Program-made: the position numbers and the translations under genes
The notes under the pieces: model-generated
The model's database searches: none
Seen by the model: only the letters and a program-made list of their open reading frames with translations
What the model was told of the DNA's origin: nothing
Shown: positions 23,784 through 36,363 of the stretch, piece after piece
Numbering within the stretch: the stretch's first letter is position 1
How the letters are laid out: the number at the start of each line of letters is the position of its first letter
Origin: an uncultured delta proteobacterium
GTDB taxonomy: Bacteria > Myxococcota_A > Polyangia > Polyangiales > Polyangiaceae
DNA: 64,000 nucleotides
Direction of reading: 5' to 3'
NCBI GenBank assembly: GCA_963716725.1
Contig: CAVQUB010000027.1
Coordinates: 80,118 to 144,117 of the forward strand

Positions 23784-24299
23784 ATGATGCGAAGCCTGCT
23801 TCCGACTGTCGTCCTCGCCTCGCTCGCCCTCGCGGCGGGCGGCTGCGGCAAGATCCAAGAGAAGATGGCGGAGAAGGCCGCCGAGAAGGCCACCGGAGGC
23901 GAGGTCGACATCGACTCGAAGACCGGCCGGGTCAAGCTGAAGCAGAAGGGCCCCGACGGCAAGGAGTCCGAGGTCCAGCTCGGCGAAGGCAGCACCGTGC
24001 CCGGTGACTTTCCCAAGGCGGTCCCGATCTACCCGGGCGCCAAGGTGATGAGCGCGGTGACCGTCTCGCAGGGCGAGAGCCACGTGGTCACGCTGAGCAC
24101 CAAGGACAGCACACAGCAGGTGCTCGACTACTACAAGAAGAACCTGGCTGGCTTCAAGACGGAAGGCGAGCTCGCTGCCGGCGATACGACCATCCTGACC
24201 ATGTCGACCGCTCAGCTCACCGTGAGCGTGACGGCGACCAAGAGCTCTGACGATGGCAGCACTCTGATCAACCTCACCGCGAGCGCGAAGAAATCGTGA
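23784..24299 (+). CDS. Hypothetical lipoprotein
   Basis: Lipobox AGGC; VPGDFPKAVPIYPGAKV motif. Confidence 0.75.
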   Translation: MMRSLLPTVVLASLALAAGGCGKIQEKMAEKAAEKATGGEVDIDSKTGRVKLKQKGPDGKESEVQLGEGSTVPGDFPKAVPIYPGAKVMSAVTVSQGESHVVTLSTKDSTQQVLDYYKKNLAGFKTEGELAAGDTTILTMSTAQLTVSVTATKSSDDGSTLINLTASAKKS

Positions 24300-24715
24300 A
24301 GGCTCGCCTGGGGGGAGCAGCGCTGGTCGTCGCGGCGCTGCTCGCGTGCAAGTCGCAGTCCTCGGTCACCGGGAGCGTCTCGTTCAATGCGGCGCCCTTC
24401 GAGACGAAGGACTGCCAGGTGTCCGAATCGACCTCGACCTTCAGCGGTTCTTCGGTGACGACGCACACCGTCACGCTCGTCGATGCGTCCAAGCGCCGGC
24501 TCTCATTCAGTGACTCCGGCGGCATGCGCGTGTCCTATTCGAGCGGCAGCGCCTTCGACACCATCGGAGAGGGCTGCGGCAAGCTGAGCTTTGTCGGCAG
24601 CGTCAAAGGCGGCAACGCCAGCGGCCACGTCGAAGCGGACTGCACCGGCAGCGGTCACGTCGTGCGAGCGAACTTCGACTTCGCAAGCTGCGGAAAATAC
24701 GGCTTGGGGCCCTGA
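24296..24715 (+). CDS. Hypothetical lipoprotein
   Basis: GTGA overlap with the previous gene; lipobox LLAC; several Cys. Confidence 0.7.
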   Translation: MKARLGGAALVVAALLACKSQSSVTGSVSFNAAPFETKDCQVSESTSTFSGSSVTTHTVTLVDASKRRLSFSDSGGMRVSYSSGSAFDTIGEGCGKLSFVGSVKGGNASGHVEADCTGSGHVVRANFDFASCGKYGLGP

Positions 24716-24813
24716 CGGGCCCGCCCCCGCTCAATCACAGGACCAGCCGACGTATTCATTGGTTCCTTCGCCGGAAGTCCCCTCGGTGCAACCCGCGGCG
24801 TGGAACTGCTTGA

Positions 24814-27101
<2,288 letters not shown>

Positions 27102-27142
27102 AGGCCCGACCGCGAGCGAACGGTGCTAGCTTCCGGCCCACC

Positions 27143-27167
27143 ATGGCAAATCTGACAGTGGTCGAGC
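27143..27167 (+). pseudogene. First 8 codons (MANLTVVE) of a divergent gene, resembling the uracil phosphoribosyltransferase N-terminus, cut at the junction
   Basis: ATG GCA AAT CTG ACA GTG GTC GAG, divergent from S46; upp proteins often begin like M.NLTVV[DE]HPL (inference from 8 aa). Confidence 0.35.
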
Positions 27168-27301
27168 GGCAGCTCCGGCAGCACCGCGAGCTCGGCGCCG
27201 AAGCTCCTCGCCTCGGCGAGCAGCGCTCCCAGGCGCTCGTCGCCGCCCTCGCCGTGGAACACCTCGGTGATCAGCGCGATCGACAGGATGTCTGCAGGCA
27301 T
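27156..27301 (-). pseudogene. Truncated carbon-nitrogen hydrolase (nitrilase family) N-terminus
   Basis: MPADILSIALITEVF...AEARSFGAELAVLPELPLDH carries the catalytic-Glu motif; homology stops after about 48 aa with no Lys/Cys motifs. Confidence 0.65.
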
Positions 27302-27400
27302 GCCCGCACGCTACCGCGACTGCCGGGCACAGGCAAGGAGGTCGCAGGCTCGGCTGCTTCTTTGATCGTCTCGCACTGGCTTGGAGACTCACCTCCCGTC

Positions 27401-27488
27401 CCCTCCCCCGCGCCGGCCTAAGGCCGGTCGGGGGGAGGGACCCCTCAAAGGAGCGGGCTCGACCGGCGAACGTCGGTCGAGCCCTGTA
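27401..27488. repeat. Two adjacent GC-rich hairpins (REP-like)
   Basis: ccctccccc-gcgccggcctaaggccggt-cgggggaggg and gggctcgacc-ggcgaacgtc-ggtcgagccc. Confidence 0.65.
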
Positions 27489-27590
27489 CCATTGGCTCTG
27501 CGGAGAGGATCAGGTTTGTAGAGGTGTTTCTTGTTCTTCCCTCTTCTTCCTTCCTGCTCGCGCCTCGTGCCTCTTGCCTGTCGCCTGCTC

Positions 27591-28716
27591 CTACAGCTTT
27601 GCCGCCACAGCCTTCGCCATGTCGATCGTCGAGGCGGGGCCGCCCATGTCGTAGGTGCGCGACCCTGCCCGTCGGCGATGACGGCGGCCACGGCCTTCTC
27701 CACGCCGCCGCCCAGTCGCCTTCTCGCCGAGCCAGTCGAGCATCATCTTGGCGGCGAGGATCGTGGCGATCGGGTTGACCTTGTACTGGCCGGCGTACTT
27801 GGGCGCCGAGCCGTGGGTCGGCTCGAACACCGCCAGCTTCTCGCCGATGTTGCCGGAGCAGCCGAAGCCGAGCCCGCCGACCATCTGCGCGCAGAGGTCG
27901 GAGATGATGTCGCCGAACAGGTTGGTGGCGACCAGGACACCGTAGTTCTCGGGTTCTTCAGCAGCCACATGCAGATGGCGTCGACGTTGGCGTCGTCCCA
28001 GGCGATCCGGGGAAGTCCTTCGCGACCTGCTTGCCGGTCTCGAGGAACAGACCCTCGGTGGCGCGCACGACGTTGGCCTTGTGGATGACCGTCACCTTCG
28101 GGTAGCCGTGCTGCTTGCGCGTACTCGAAGGCGGCCCGGATGATCCGCTCGCACCCCTTGCGGGTGTTGACCTTGCAGGTGATGGCGAGTCGTCCAGCGG
28201 GACGCCGGCGAACGGCGCGAACGGCTTCGAGAGCTTGCCGAGCGTGTCGCGCAGCTCGTCGGGCACCGGGTGGAACTCGACGCCCGGAGTAGAGGTCCTC
28301 GGTGTTCTCGCGGAACACCACGAGGTCGATCCCCTCCTTGTAGTTGAGCGGGTTGCCCGGGTACGCCTTGCACGGCCGCAGGCAGATGTAGAGGTCGAAC
28401 ATGCTGGCGCATGCGGACGATCGGCGAGCGGTAGATCGAGTCCGGTCCGGTTGCAGCTCGGGGATGAGCTCGTCCTCGGCCTCCTTCACCGGCTTCGAGG
28501 TGATGGCGCCGAACATGGCGGCGTCGACGTTGCCCAGCAGGTCGACGGTGCGCGCCGGGCAGGGCGTCGCCCTCGCGGCACCAGAACTCCCAGCCGATGT
28601 CCCCGTGGATGTACGTCGCGTCGAAGCGCAACGCGTCGAGCACGAGGCGCGTCGCCTCCATGACAGTCGTTGCCGATACCGTCTCCCGGCATCCAGGCGA
28701 TCCGGTAGTTGGCCAT
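27591..28716 (-). CDS. Isocitrate/isopropylmalate/homoisocitrate dehydrogenase family; multiple frameshifts
   Basis: [65 protein letters not shown], spread across frames. Confidence 0.9.
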
Positions 28717-28796
28717 TGCGTCGATCCTCCTCCGCGGTACCGCCCGGCAGTCCGGCGTGCGGTCCTTCTGGTCAGACGTCTTTCGAACAAGAGAGC

Positions 28797-29607
28797 TCAC
28801 TGCCTCCGCTTCGCCTCGACCCCGGACAGCGACCGCGGCGCCGCGCCGTCGTACTCGGCGGCAGACTGGTCGATGCGGCGCATCGGCCGCTCGCGCGCCA
28901 GCTCCTCGGCGACGTGGGCCATCCAGCCCGGCGGTGCGGGCCAGGATGAAGAATCCGTTGGCCAGCTCGGGCGAGAAGCCGAGGTCGGCGAGCACCGCGG
29001 CGATGGCGCCGTCCACGTTCAGGGGCAGCTTCTTGCCGCCCTTCGCCAGCGCTGCGACGATCGGCCTCGGCGAGCGTCGACGTGCGGCGCCGGCGACGCC
29101 GGCCTCGCGGGCCGAGCGCGAGCAGCCGCCCGCAGCGCGGGTCGTCGGTGTGGACGCGGTGCCCGAACCCGGGCAGGCGGCGGTCGGCGGCCTTCTCCTC
29201 GGCCGATCAGAGCCGCCGCGACGGCGCCGCGTCGACTCGACCCGACGGCGACCCGCTCGGCACCGCGCGCAAGCAGCTTCATGCAGTTCTCCACCGCGCC
29301 GCCGTGGTGGCGGTTGACCGCCAGCGCGCCCGCGGCCAAGCAGGCGTTGAGCGGCGCACCGGTCGGCGGCGGCGTTGCGCACCGCCAGCGTCGACGGCGG
29401 CGTCACGCCGTGGTCGATCGACGCGACCAGCATCGCCTCCATCACCGCCCCGACCGCCTGCGCCCGGCAGCTCGCCGCGCAGCGATCAAGTACACCGCCT
29501 CGCCGTAGGAGACGCGACCCATCAGCTCGTCGATGCGGTAGCCGCGCACCCGGATCTCGTTGGGGGCGATCGAGGTCACCGCCGTCTTCCAGGCGCGTCT
29601 CGCTCAT
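28797..29607 (-). CDS. Citryl-CoA lyase (short citrate-synthase-family protein); frameshifts
   Basis: WKTAVTSIAPNEIRVRGY, LVASIDHGVTPPST, HHGGAVE, PGFGHRVH..DPR, LPLNVDGAIAA, FILARTAG, RERPMRRID. Confidence 0.85.
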
Positions 29608-30521
29608 GCGCGTGACTCCCGAGCCGCAGCACCGCGCCGCGGCAGCTCGTCGAAGCGCTCGTCCACCACGGTCGCGCCGGCTGCGCGCAGCGCCGCGACC
29701 TTGCCCTCGTGGGTGCCGCGAGCGCCTTCGACGATGGCGCCGGCGTGGGAGAAGCGCACCCCCGAGGTCGCGGCCCGGCCGCCGATGTAGGCCACGACCG
29801 GCTTGCGTGACCTCGCCCGAGCGCGATCAAGTCGGCGACGCGCTCCTCCTGGGAGCCGCCGATCTCGCCGAACATGGCGATGCACGACGGTCTCGGGGTC
29901 GTCCTCGAAGCGGGCGCACCACGTCCGGCAGCGGCAGGCCGACGACCGACGTCGCCGCCGACGTGCACCAGGGTCGACGAGGCCGACGCCGGCGCGCGAC
30001 AGGTAGTAGCCGGTGGACGAGGTCATGCCGCCGGAGCGCGACGCGACACCGACGGTGCCCCGCTTGAACCACGCCCGCGCGGAGGTCGGCGCGACCGCCG
30101 ATCATCCCGAGCACGCCGCTTGCCGACCGACAGCACGCCGAGCGTGTTCGGTCCGAGGAAGTCGACGCCGCGCCAACTCGGCCGCGCGCGCCACCTCCAG
30201 CACGTCCCAGACCGGCACGCGGTCGCCCACCAGCACCACCAGCGGGATGCCGGCGCGATCGCCTCGAGCGCCGCGTCCTTGACCAGCGGCGCCGGCACGA
30301 AGATGACGCGAGGCGTCGAAGCCGCCCTGGGCTTCTCGACCGCCTCCGCACGGTGTCGTAGACGGGGATGCCGTCGACCTCCTCGCCGCCGCGCCCCGGC
30401 GTGCAGCCGGCCACGACCTCGGTGCCGTAGCTCGCGCATCAGCCGCGCTCGCGCCCGGCCTTCGCGACCGGTGATGCCCTGGACCAGGACCCGAGTGCGT
30501 CTCGTCGACCAGGATCGCCAC
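29604..30521 (-). CDS. Succinyl/citryl-CoA synthetase alpha (CoA-binding) subunit; frameshifts
   Basis: VAILVDE..RVLVQGITGREG, IFVPAPLVKDAALEA, GPNTLG, SRSGG, MFGEIGGSQEE, RFSHAGAI (phospho-His). Confidence 0.88.
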
Positions 30522-30525
30522 GGCT

Positions 30526-32102
30526 CTACTCCATTCCCGCTCGAGCGGCGGTACTCGTCGAGCCCGGGATCGGCAGGCTGACGTGCCCGCCGCCGCCGCC
30601 GAGCGCAGCAGCAGTCCACCTCGCACGCCAGGCACTCGATGCAGCGGCCCTTGCGCCGCCTCGGCCGGGTGACGTTGAGCACCGGCAGGCCGTCGTCGTC
30701 GAGCTTGAGGATCTGCGGCACGCACGCGGTGACGCAGATCTTCGACTCGCAGGCGGCGCACACCGCGTGGTCGTAGCGTGATCTCACCCGTGGGCGTGGC
30801 GAAGCGGTACGGCCGCTCGGCGGCCGCCGGTCGCGTGCGAACGCGGCGGCTTCGCAGGAGCGCACTGCCGTGCGACCAGCTCGGCGCAGGCCGGACGGCA
30901 CAGTCGTCGACCGGGGTGTCCTTCCCGTAGCACTCGACCGGCACGCCGAGGTCGATCGGTGAACGCGGTGAGGATCTCGATCGCCTTCTCCTCGCCGTTG
31001 CCGCCCAGCCGCATCACGGCGCGGGACGCGCGAGCGGCTCCTCCCGGAACGCCTTGACCAGGCCGCGCGCCGAGTGGAACTGCTCCTGCGACGCCACCCC
31101 CGAGCCGGAGCCGAAGTAGCCGTCGACGCCCGGCTGCGAGAGCAGCACCCGGGCGGCACGGTAGACCTTGGAGGCGGGCGGGTTGCCGGAGGTGTCGCAG
31201 AAGTTGGCGACGCTGAAAAGCCGCGGCGCTGCAGCGCGTCCATGGCCATCATCGAGCCGCCGCCGCCGGCGCCGTGGAACGCCACGACGCCGCTCGCCGC
31301 GGGCGAAGTCGATCGCGCATCTGGATGAAGTAGAAGGTGCCGCGGTAGTCGTCCCGTTCGACCTCCCAGGCGATGCGCTCGAGCTCGGTCGGGCGGATGG
31401 CCCAGCTCGCGGGCCACCTCGATGCCGAGCTCCGGGTGGCGGAACACCGCGGCGTCGTCCACGGTGATGCGGCAGTCGAGCGCCATCGACGCGCCCGTCG
31501 CTCGTCATGCACCAGCGGGTTGATCTCGGCGGCGCGGGCCTCGACGCTGCGCGCCACACGCCACAGCGTCGCACCGTCGCCTGGGCCAGTTCGCGCATCT
31601 CGCGACCGCCCACGCCGACGCCGTCGCCACCGCTCGCGGGCGTCTGGTCGGCCAGACCCCTCGACCGGGTCGACCGGAAGCTCGGCCACGGCCTCGGGTG
31701 CTCCTTGGCGATCTCTTCGATGCCGGTGCCGCCCCGGGCCGACACCAGGAGCGACGGGACACCGGCGACGATCGTCCAGGACGATGCCCGCGTAGCACTC
31801 ACGGACGACCTCCAGACGTTCCTCGACCAGCACCTCGGTGATCGGAGAAGTTGCGGATCCTGCGGCCGAGGATCTCCCGGCGGCCACCTGCTCGGCGCTC
31901 CGCCGGGGAGGCGACGAAGGCGGATCAGACCCCTGGCCTGCGCGACCGGTGGTCTACGCCTGACCCTTGACGACCACCGGGCCGCCGAGCCGGCGCGCGG
32001 CGGCGCCGCGGCGGCGGCGGTGTAGGCCACCTCGCCGCGCGGCACCGACACACCGGCCTCGGCAAGCATCTGCTTTCCCTGGAATTCGGCGAGTCGCGCC
32101 AC
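30526..32102 (-). CDS. Succinyl/citryl-CoA synthetase beta (ATP-grasp) subunit with a C-terminal ferredoxin-like domain; frameshifts
   Basis: LAEFQGKQML, GGTGIEE, EINPL, ALDCRITVDD.AVFRHP, GAGGGGSMMAMD, NFCDTSGNP, RLGGN; then CAACESKICVTAC...CIECLACEVDC. Confidence 0.85.
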
Positions 32103-32238
32103 TGCGGCCCTCCCTCAGGCGCCCGGACCGGTAACGCTACGCGACCGTCATGGGGGTGTCAAGCGAAACACCAGCCGCGGCGCGCCCCGCCGAGGCTGGT
32201 GTTTCACGGTTATCATGGTGCGTCGGCTGGAGGGAGCC

Positions 32239-32817
32239 ATGCAGCGTCACGCGGTGTCGCCCGGGTCGTGCTACTTCTACTATCCCCGCCTGGTGGTGGT
32301 CGTCGGAGTCCGGGACGACGCCAAGACGACTGTCAACTTCGCGCCGGTGGCCTGGGCATCGCCGCTCTCGTCCGATCCGCCGCTGTTCGGCGTCTGCCTC
32401 TCGCCGCGCACCTACACCCACCAGCTCGTGCTCAAGACCGGCGAGTTCACGGTCAACTTCCTCAGGCACGCGGACGCCGCTCTGGCGGCCGAGTTCGGCC
32501 GCCTGTCCGGCCGCGAAACCGACAAGGTCAAGGCGCTCTCGATCGAGCTCGAGCCGGGCGAGGCGCTGCAGACGCCTTCGCTCGGCGCCGCCTACGCCTC
32601 GGCCGAGTGTCTGCTCCTCGACCGCCACCACGTCGGCGACCAGACGCTGTTCGTGGGTGAGGTTCAGCTCATCCACGCCGACGCCGACGCCTTCGACTCC
32701 GACGGCGTCCTCAGGCTGGAGCGCGCCGCCCCGCTGCTCTACCTCGGCGGCTCCCGCTACGTCACGACCGCGCCGGAGACGGTCGCCCGGCCGCAGGGGA
32801 CGGTGGCGGCGAAGTAG
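32239..32817 (+). CDS. Flavin reductase family protein
   Basis: YPRLVVVVG, NFAPVAW, PPLFGV, GEFTVNF, SGRETDK, GDQTLFVGEV. Confidence 0.9.
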   Translation: MQRHAVSPGSCYFYYPRLVVVVGVRDDAKTTVNFAPVAWASPLSSDPPLFGVCLSPRTYTHQLVLKTGEFTVNFLRHADAALAAEFGRLSGRETDKVKALSIELEPGEALQTPSLGAAYASAECLLLDRHHVGDQTLFVGEVQLIHADADAFDSDGVLRLERAAPLLYLGGSRYVTTAPETVARPQGTVAAK

Positions 32818-32852
32818 CCGTCTCGCGCGCTGCCGTCGCCTCTGCCTCGTGC

Positions 32853-33851
32853 CTATTTTTGCGGTGCGCCGCTCGGCGCGGCGAGCGCGGTCGTGGCCAG
32901 CATGCCGCCGAGGCCCATGGTCTCGACCGCGGACGACGGCACGATCACCATGCTGCCCTTCTCCTTGATCGCCTCGTAGAGCATGTTCATGGCCCGCAGG
33001 TGCAGGGCGATCGGGTTGTCCTTGTAGAGCTCCGAGGCGCTTGGCGAACGTGCTCGGCGATCTCGGTCTCGGCGGTGCCGAGGATGATGCGCGCCTGCCG
33101 CTCGCGCTCGGCCTGGGCCTGGCGCGACATGGCGTCCTCGAGGTCGGCCGGGATCCGCACGTCGCGGATCTCGACCGACTGGACGGTGATCCCCCAGGGG
33201 TTGGTCTTCTCGTCGAGGATCTGCTGGCAGCTCGCTGGCCGAGCTTGTCGCGCTCGGTGATCATCTCGGCCAGATCGTGGCGGCCGATCGCCTCGCGCAG
33301 CGCCGTCTGCGACGCGAGGAAGATGGCGTCGAAGAACGACTGCACCTCGAGGATCGCCTTCTCCGCGTCCCACACCAGCCAGAAGACGATGGCGTCGACG
33401 TTGACCGGCACGGTGTCGCGGGTCAGCGCCGACTCGGCGGTCACGTCGGTGGCGCGCACTCGCTGGTCGACGAGATGGGAGATCATGTCGACGATCGGGA
33501 TGATCCAGAACAACCCCGGCCCCCGCAGGCCGCGGAACTTGCCGAAGCGCAGGACCACGGCCTTCTCCCACTGGTCCACCACCTTGATGGAGAACATCAG
33601 CGCGAGACCGAGGAGGATGCCCGGGAAGATGATCGCCGGCGCCACCGCAGTCCTCGCGGGTGCTCTCGGAGACGATCACCGCGACCGGGATCGTCACCAC
33701 CCACACCACGATCGCCACCGCGAGCGAGAACCCGTTGACGAAACGCCGTGAGTCGACCGCCCTGGTCGGTGCCGATCTGACCGACCTTGACCTTCTCCTC
33801 CTCCTCCTTCTTCTCCTTCGCCTTCTTCACTGCCGCTATCACCGGGATCAT
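32853..33851 (-). CDS. SPFH/band 7 (slipin/stomatin-like) protein; frameshifts
   Basis: QWEKAVVLRFGK, GLFWIIP, LTRDTVPVNVDA, WGITVQSVEIRDV.IP, MSRQAQAERERQAR; RBS GGAGG. Confidence 0.92.
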
Positions 33852-34033
33852 TGCCTCCTCCTTTGCGACGGTCCTATCTGCCGCCGCGCTGTCGCGAGAA
33901 ACCAGAAGTAGACCGCCAGACACGTTCCGAGCACGAGCGCGAGTCCGGCCGCCGGAATCGTTCTCGCCACCTCGGCCGTGATACCGGCGGCCAAGACGAG
34001 CACGCCTGCAACGCGCAGCACCGCGTCCATCAC
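33848..34033 (-). CDS. Small two-TM membrane protein in the GntR-SPFH operon
   Basis: Two hydrophobic stretches; overlaps the flanking genes' stop and start codons. Confidence 0.55.
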   Translation of the reverse strand: MMDAVLRVAGVLVLAAGITAEVARTIPAAGLALVLGTCLAVYFWFLATARRQIGPSQRRRQ

Positions 34034-34421
34034 CGACTCCTCCCCAACCTGTTTTCGATCTCCGTGACAAGCTCGACCGGCGTCAGGCCGAGCCCCGCGG
34101 CGCGCGCCAGGAGCTCGTCGACCACCTGCACGACCTTGCGTCGCCGCTCCACTCGTCGTGCTCCACCACTGCCGTTCCGATGAACGTCCCGGACCCCTGC
34201 TGGGTCGTGACCACGCCTCGAATCTCCAGCTCCTTGTAGGCCTTGGCCACGGTGTTGAGGTTCACCTTGAGATCCACCGCCAGCGCCCGGACCGTCGGGA
34301 GCTGCTCGCCGGGCCGCAGCGCGCGGGTGGCGATGCCGCCGAGGATCTGGTCGATGACCTGGCGGTAGAACGGGACGCCGGTCGCGCTATCGAGGCGGAA
34401 GGTGATTGGCATCGGATTCAC
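34030..34421 (-). CDS. GntR family (YtrA-like) transcriptional regulator; frameshift at about 34150
   Basis: PFYRQVIDQI, LPTVRALAVDLKVNLNTVAKAYKELE, GSGTFI. Confidence 0.92.
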
Positions 34422-34425
34422 CCCT

Positions 34426-34479
34426 TGTCATAGTTCACCATAACACTAGCACATTAAATCCCGGTGGGCGGTCTGTCAA
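34426..34479 (-). promoter_or_regulatory. Sigma70-like promoter and imperfect palindromic operator for the GntR operon
   Basis: Minus strand TTGACA-N17-TAATGT; inverted repeat tgtcatagt-N10-actagcaca. Confidence 0.6.
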
Positions 34480-34618
34480 GGGGGCTCGCAGGAGACCCTC
34501 GCGAAGGGCGCGCGACTCCTGCCAGAGCAGTGGGAGAAACGGCCTGGGACGGACTATCCACTGCTGATGACTGGTTGTACGGTGTACCGTTAGGCTCCGC
34601 GGACCGGCAACGGCACTG

Positions 34619-35470
34619 ATGAGAACCTCACTCTTGACTGCGCTGGCGATGCTGGCGTTCGCGGCCAACTCGGTCCTGTGCCGCCTGGCGCTCGACGACG
34701 GGGCGATCGACCCGACCTCGTTCGCCGGGGTTCGGCTCCTCTCCGGAGCGGTCGCCCTCCTCGTCATCGTCCGCATGCGCGGCTCTCGCGCCGGCGGCGA
34801 CTGGCGGTCGGGCCTCGCGCTGGCGCTGTACGCGGTGCCCTTCTCGCTCGCCTACGTCTCGCTCGCGGCGGGTACCGGAGCTCTCATCCTGTTCGCGGCG
34901 GTCCAGACGACGATGGTCGGCGCCGGTCTCATCGCCGGCGAGCGTCCCGACCGCCTCGAGTGGATCGGGCTCGCTGCCGCGCTCGTGGGCCTGGTCGTTC
35001 TCGTAGCCCCAGGCCTCGCGCGGCCGTCGCTCGCCGGCGCCGCGACGATGGCGATCGCGGGGGTCTCCTGGGGCGTCTACTCGCTCCGCGGCCGTCGGGC
35101 GTCCGCACCGATCGCCGAGACCGCCGGCAACTTCGCGTGGTCGCTGCCGTTCGCCGCCCTCGCAGTCGCCGCCACGGTCGCCCTCGACACCGTGCAGATG
35201 GGCGCGCGCGGCGTGCTCCTGGCTACCATCTCGGGAGCGCTCACCTCCGGGGTCGGTTACGTGCTCTGGTATGCCGCGCTGGCCCACCTGACGGCGACCC
35301 GCGCCGCACTGGTTCAGCTCGTCGTGCCCGTGCTCGCCGCCGGCGGCGGCGCGCTCTTCCTGAGCGAGCCGGTCACCGGCCGCCTGGTCGCCGCCGCGGC
35401 GTTCATCCTGGGCGGCTTGTGGCTTGCCGGGCGCTCGCCCCGACGCTGCGTGCCGGCGGACGGACGGTAG
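34619..35470 (+). CDS. EamA/DMT family transporter
   Basis: AFAANSVLCRLAL, RLLSGA, FSLAYVSL..GTGALILF, SGVGYVLWY; about 10 TM segments. Confidence 0.9.
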   Translation: MRTSLLTALAMLAFAANSVLCRLALDDGAIDPTSFAGVRLLSGAVALLVIVRMRGSRAGGDWRSGLALALYAVPFSLAYVSLAAGTGALILFAAVQTTMVGAGLIAGERPDRLEWIGLAAALVGLVVLVAPGLARPSLAGAATMAIAGVSWGVYSLRGRRASAPIAETAGNFAWSLPFAALAVAATVALDTVQMGARGVLLATISGALTSGVGYVLWYAALAHLTATRAALVQLVVPVLAAGGGALFLSEPVTGRLVAAAAFILGGLWLAGRSPRRCVPADGR

Positions 35471-36290
35471 CGGCGAGGACGCCGAGCACCACCAGCGCAC
35501 CACCCGCGATCAACGATGCGGTGACCTCGTCCGCGCCGGCGAGCACCGAGACCACGGCGGCGACCACCGGCTCGAAGGCGAGCACGAGGGCGGTCTCGGC
35601 GGCGGTCAACGCCCGCTGCGCCTCTGCCATCGCCCAGAACGCCGCGACAGTGGCGAGCACCCCGGTGATCGCGAGCGCGGCGACGGTCCAGGCGGCGAAC
35701 GTCACCTGCCATCCGGTGGCCGCTGCCGCCGGGATCGCCAGAGCGGCGGTGGCCAGCACCTGGGTGGCGTTGACGGTCGCCGGCGACGACCGCCGCACCG
35801 CGCCCTGAATGAAGATGCCGTGAAACGCAAACGCCACCGCGCACCCGAGCGTCAGCCAGTCGCCCGCTGTCGGCGGCGTCGCCTCCGGCCTGAGCAACAC
35901 TGCGAGACCGGCGATGGAGACAAGAGCGCCGGCGAGCGCGCGCCACGAGCGCCGGTTGATGCCGAAGGCCGGCTCCAGCACCGGCACCAGTACGACCGAG
36001 AGCGCGGTGAGGAACGCCGAGCGCGCCGGCGTCGTGGTCGCGAGGCCGATCGTCTGGAACGCGTAGCCGGCAAACAGCGCCACCCCGCACGCGTACGGCC
36101 ACCAGGACCGCGGGAGCCTCACCCCGCGCGAGCGCAGCAGCGGCAGCAGCACCGCGGCAGCGATCAGGAAGCGCAGCGCCAGGAAGGTCATCGGCGAGCA
36201 CCCTGCCAGGCCGCGCTTCACCACGATGAAGGTCGCACCCCATGTGCACGTTGCAGCAACGAGAAGCGCGAACGCCCGCACCCGGCCCAT
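35403..36290 (-). CDS. EamA/DMT family transporter (convergent, 3' ends overlap)
   Basis: [34 protein letters not shown]. Confidence 0.9.
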   Translation of the reverse strand: MGRVRAFALLVAATCTWGATFIVVKRGLAGCSPMTFLALRFLIAAAVLLPLLRSRGVRLPRSWWPYACGVALFAGYAFQTIGLATTTPARSAFLTALSVVLVPVLEPAFGINRRSWRALAGALVSIAGLAVLLRPEATPPTAGDWLTLGCAVAFAFHGIFIQGAVRRSSPATVNATQVLATAALAIPAAAATGWQVTFAAWTVAALAITGVLATVAAFWAMAEAQRALTAAETALVLAFEPVVAAVVSVLAGADEVTASLIAGGALVVLGVLAATVRPPARSVGASARQATSRPG

Positions 36291-36363
36291 TGTCTTCACT
36301 CTATCCTCAACCGCTTGGCTTCGGCCACCCCGCGCTATCATCTGCCGCAGGGACGGGCAGGCG

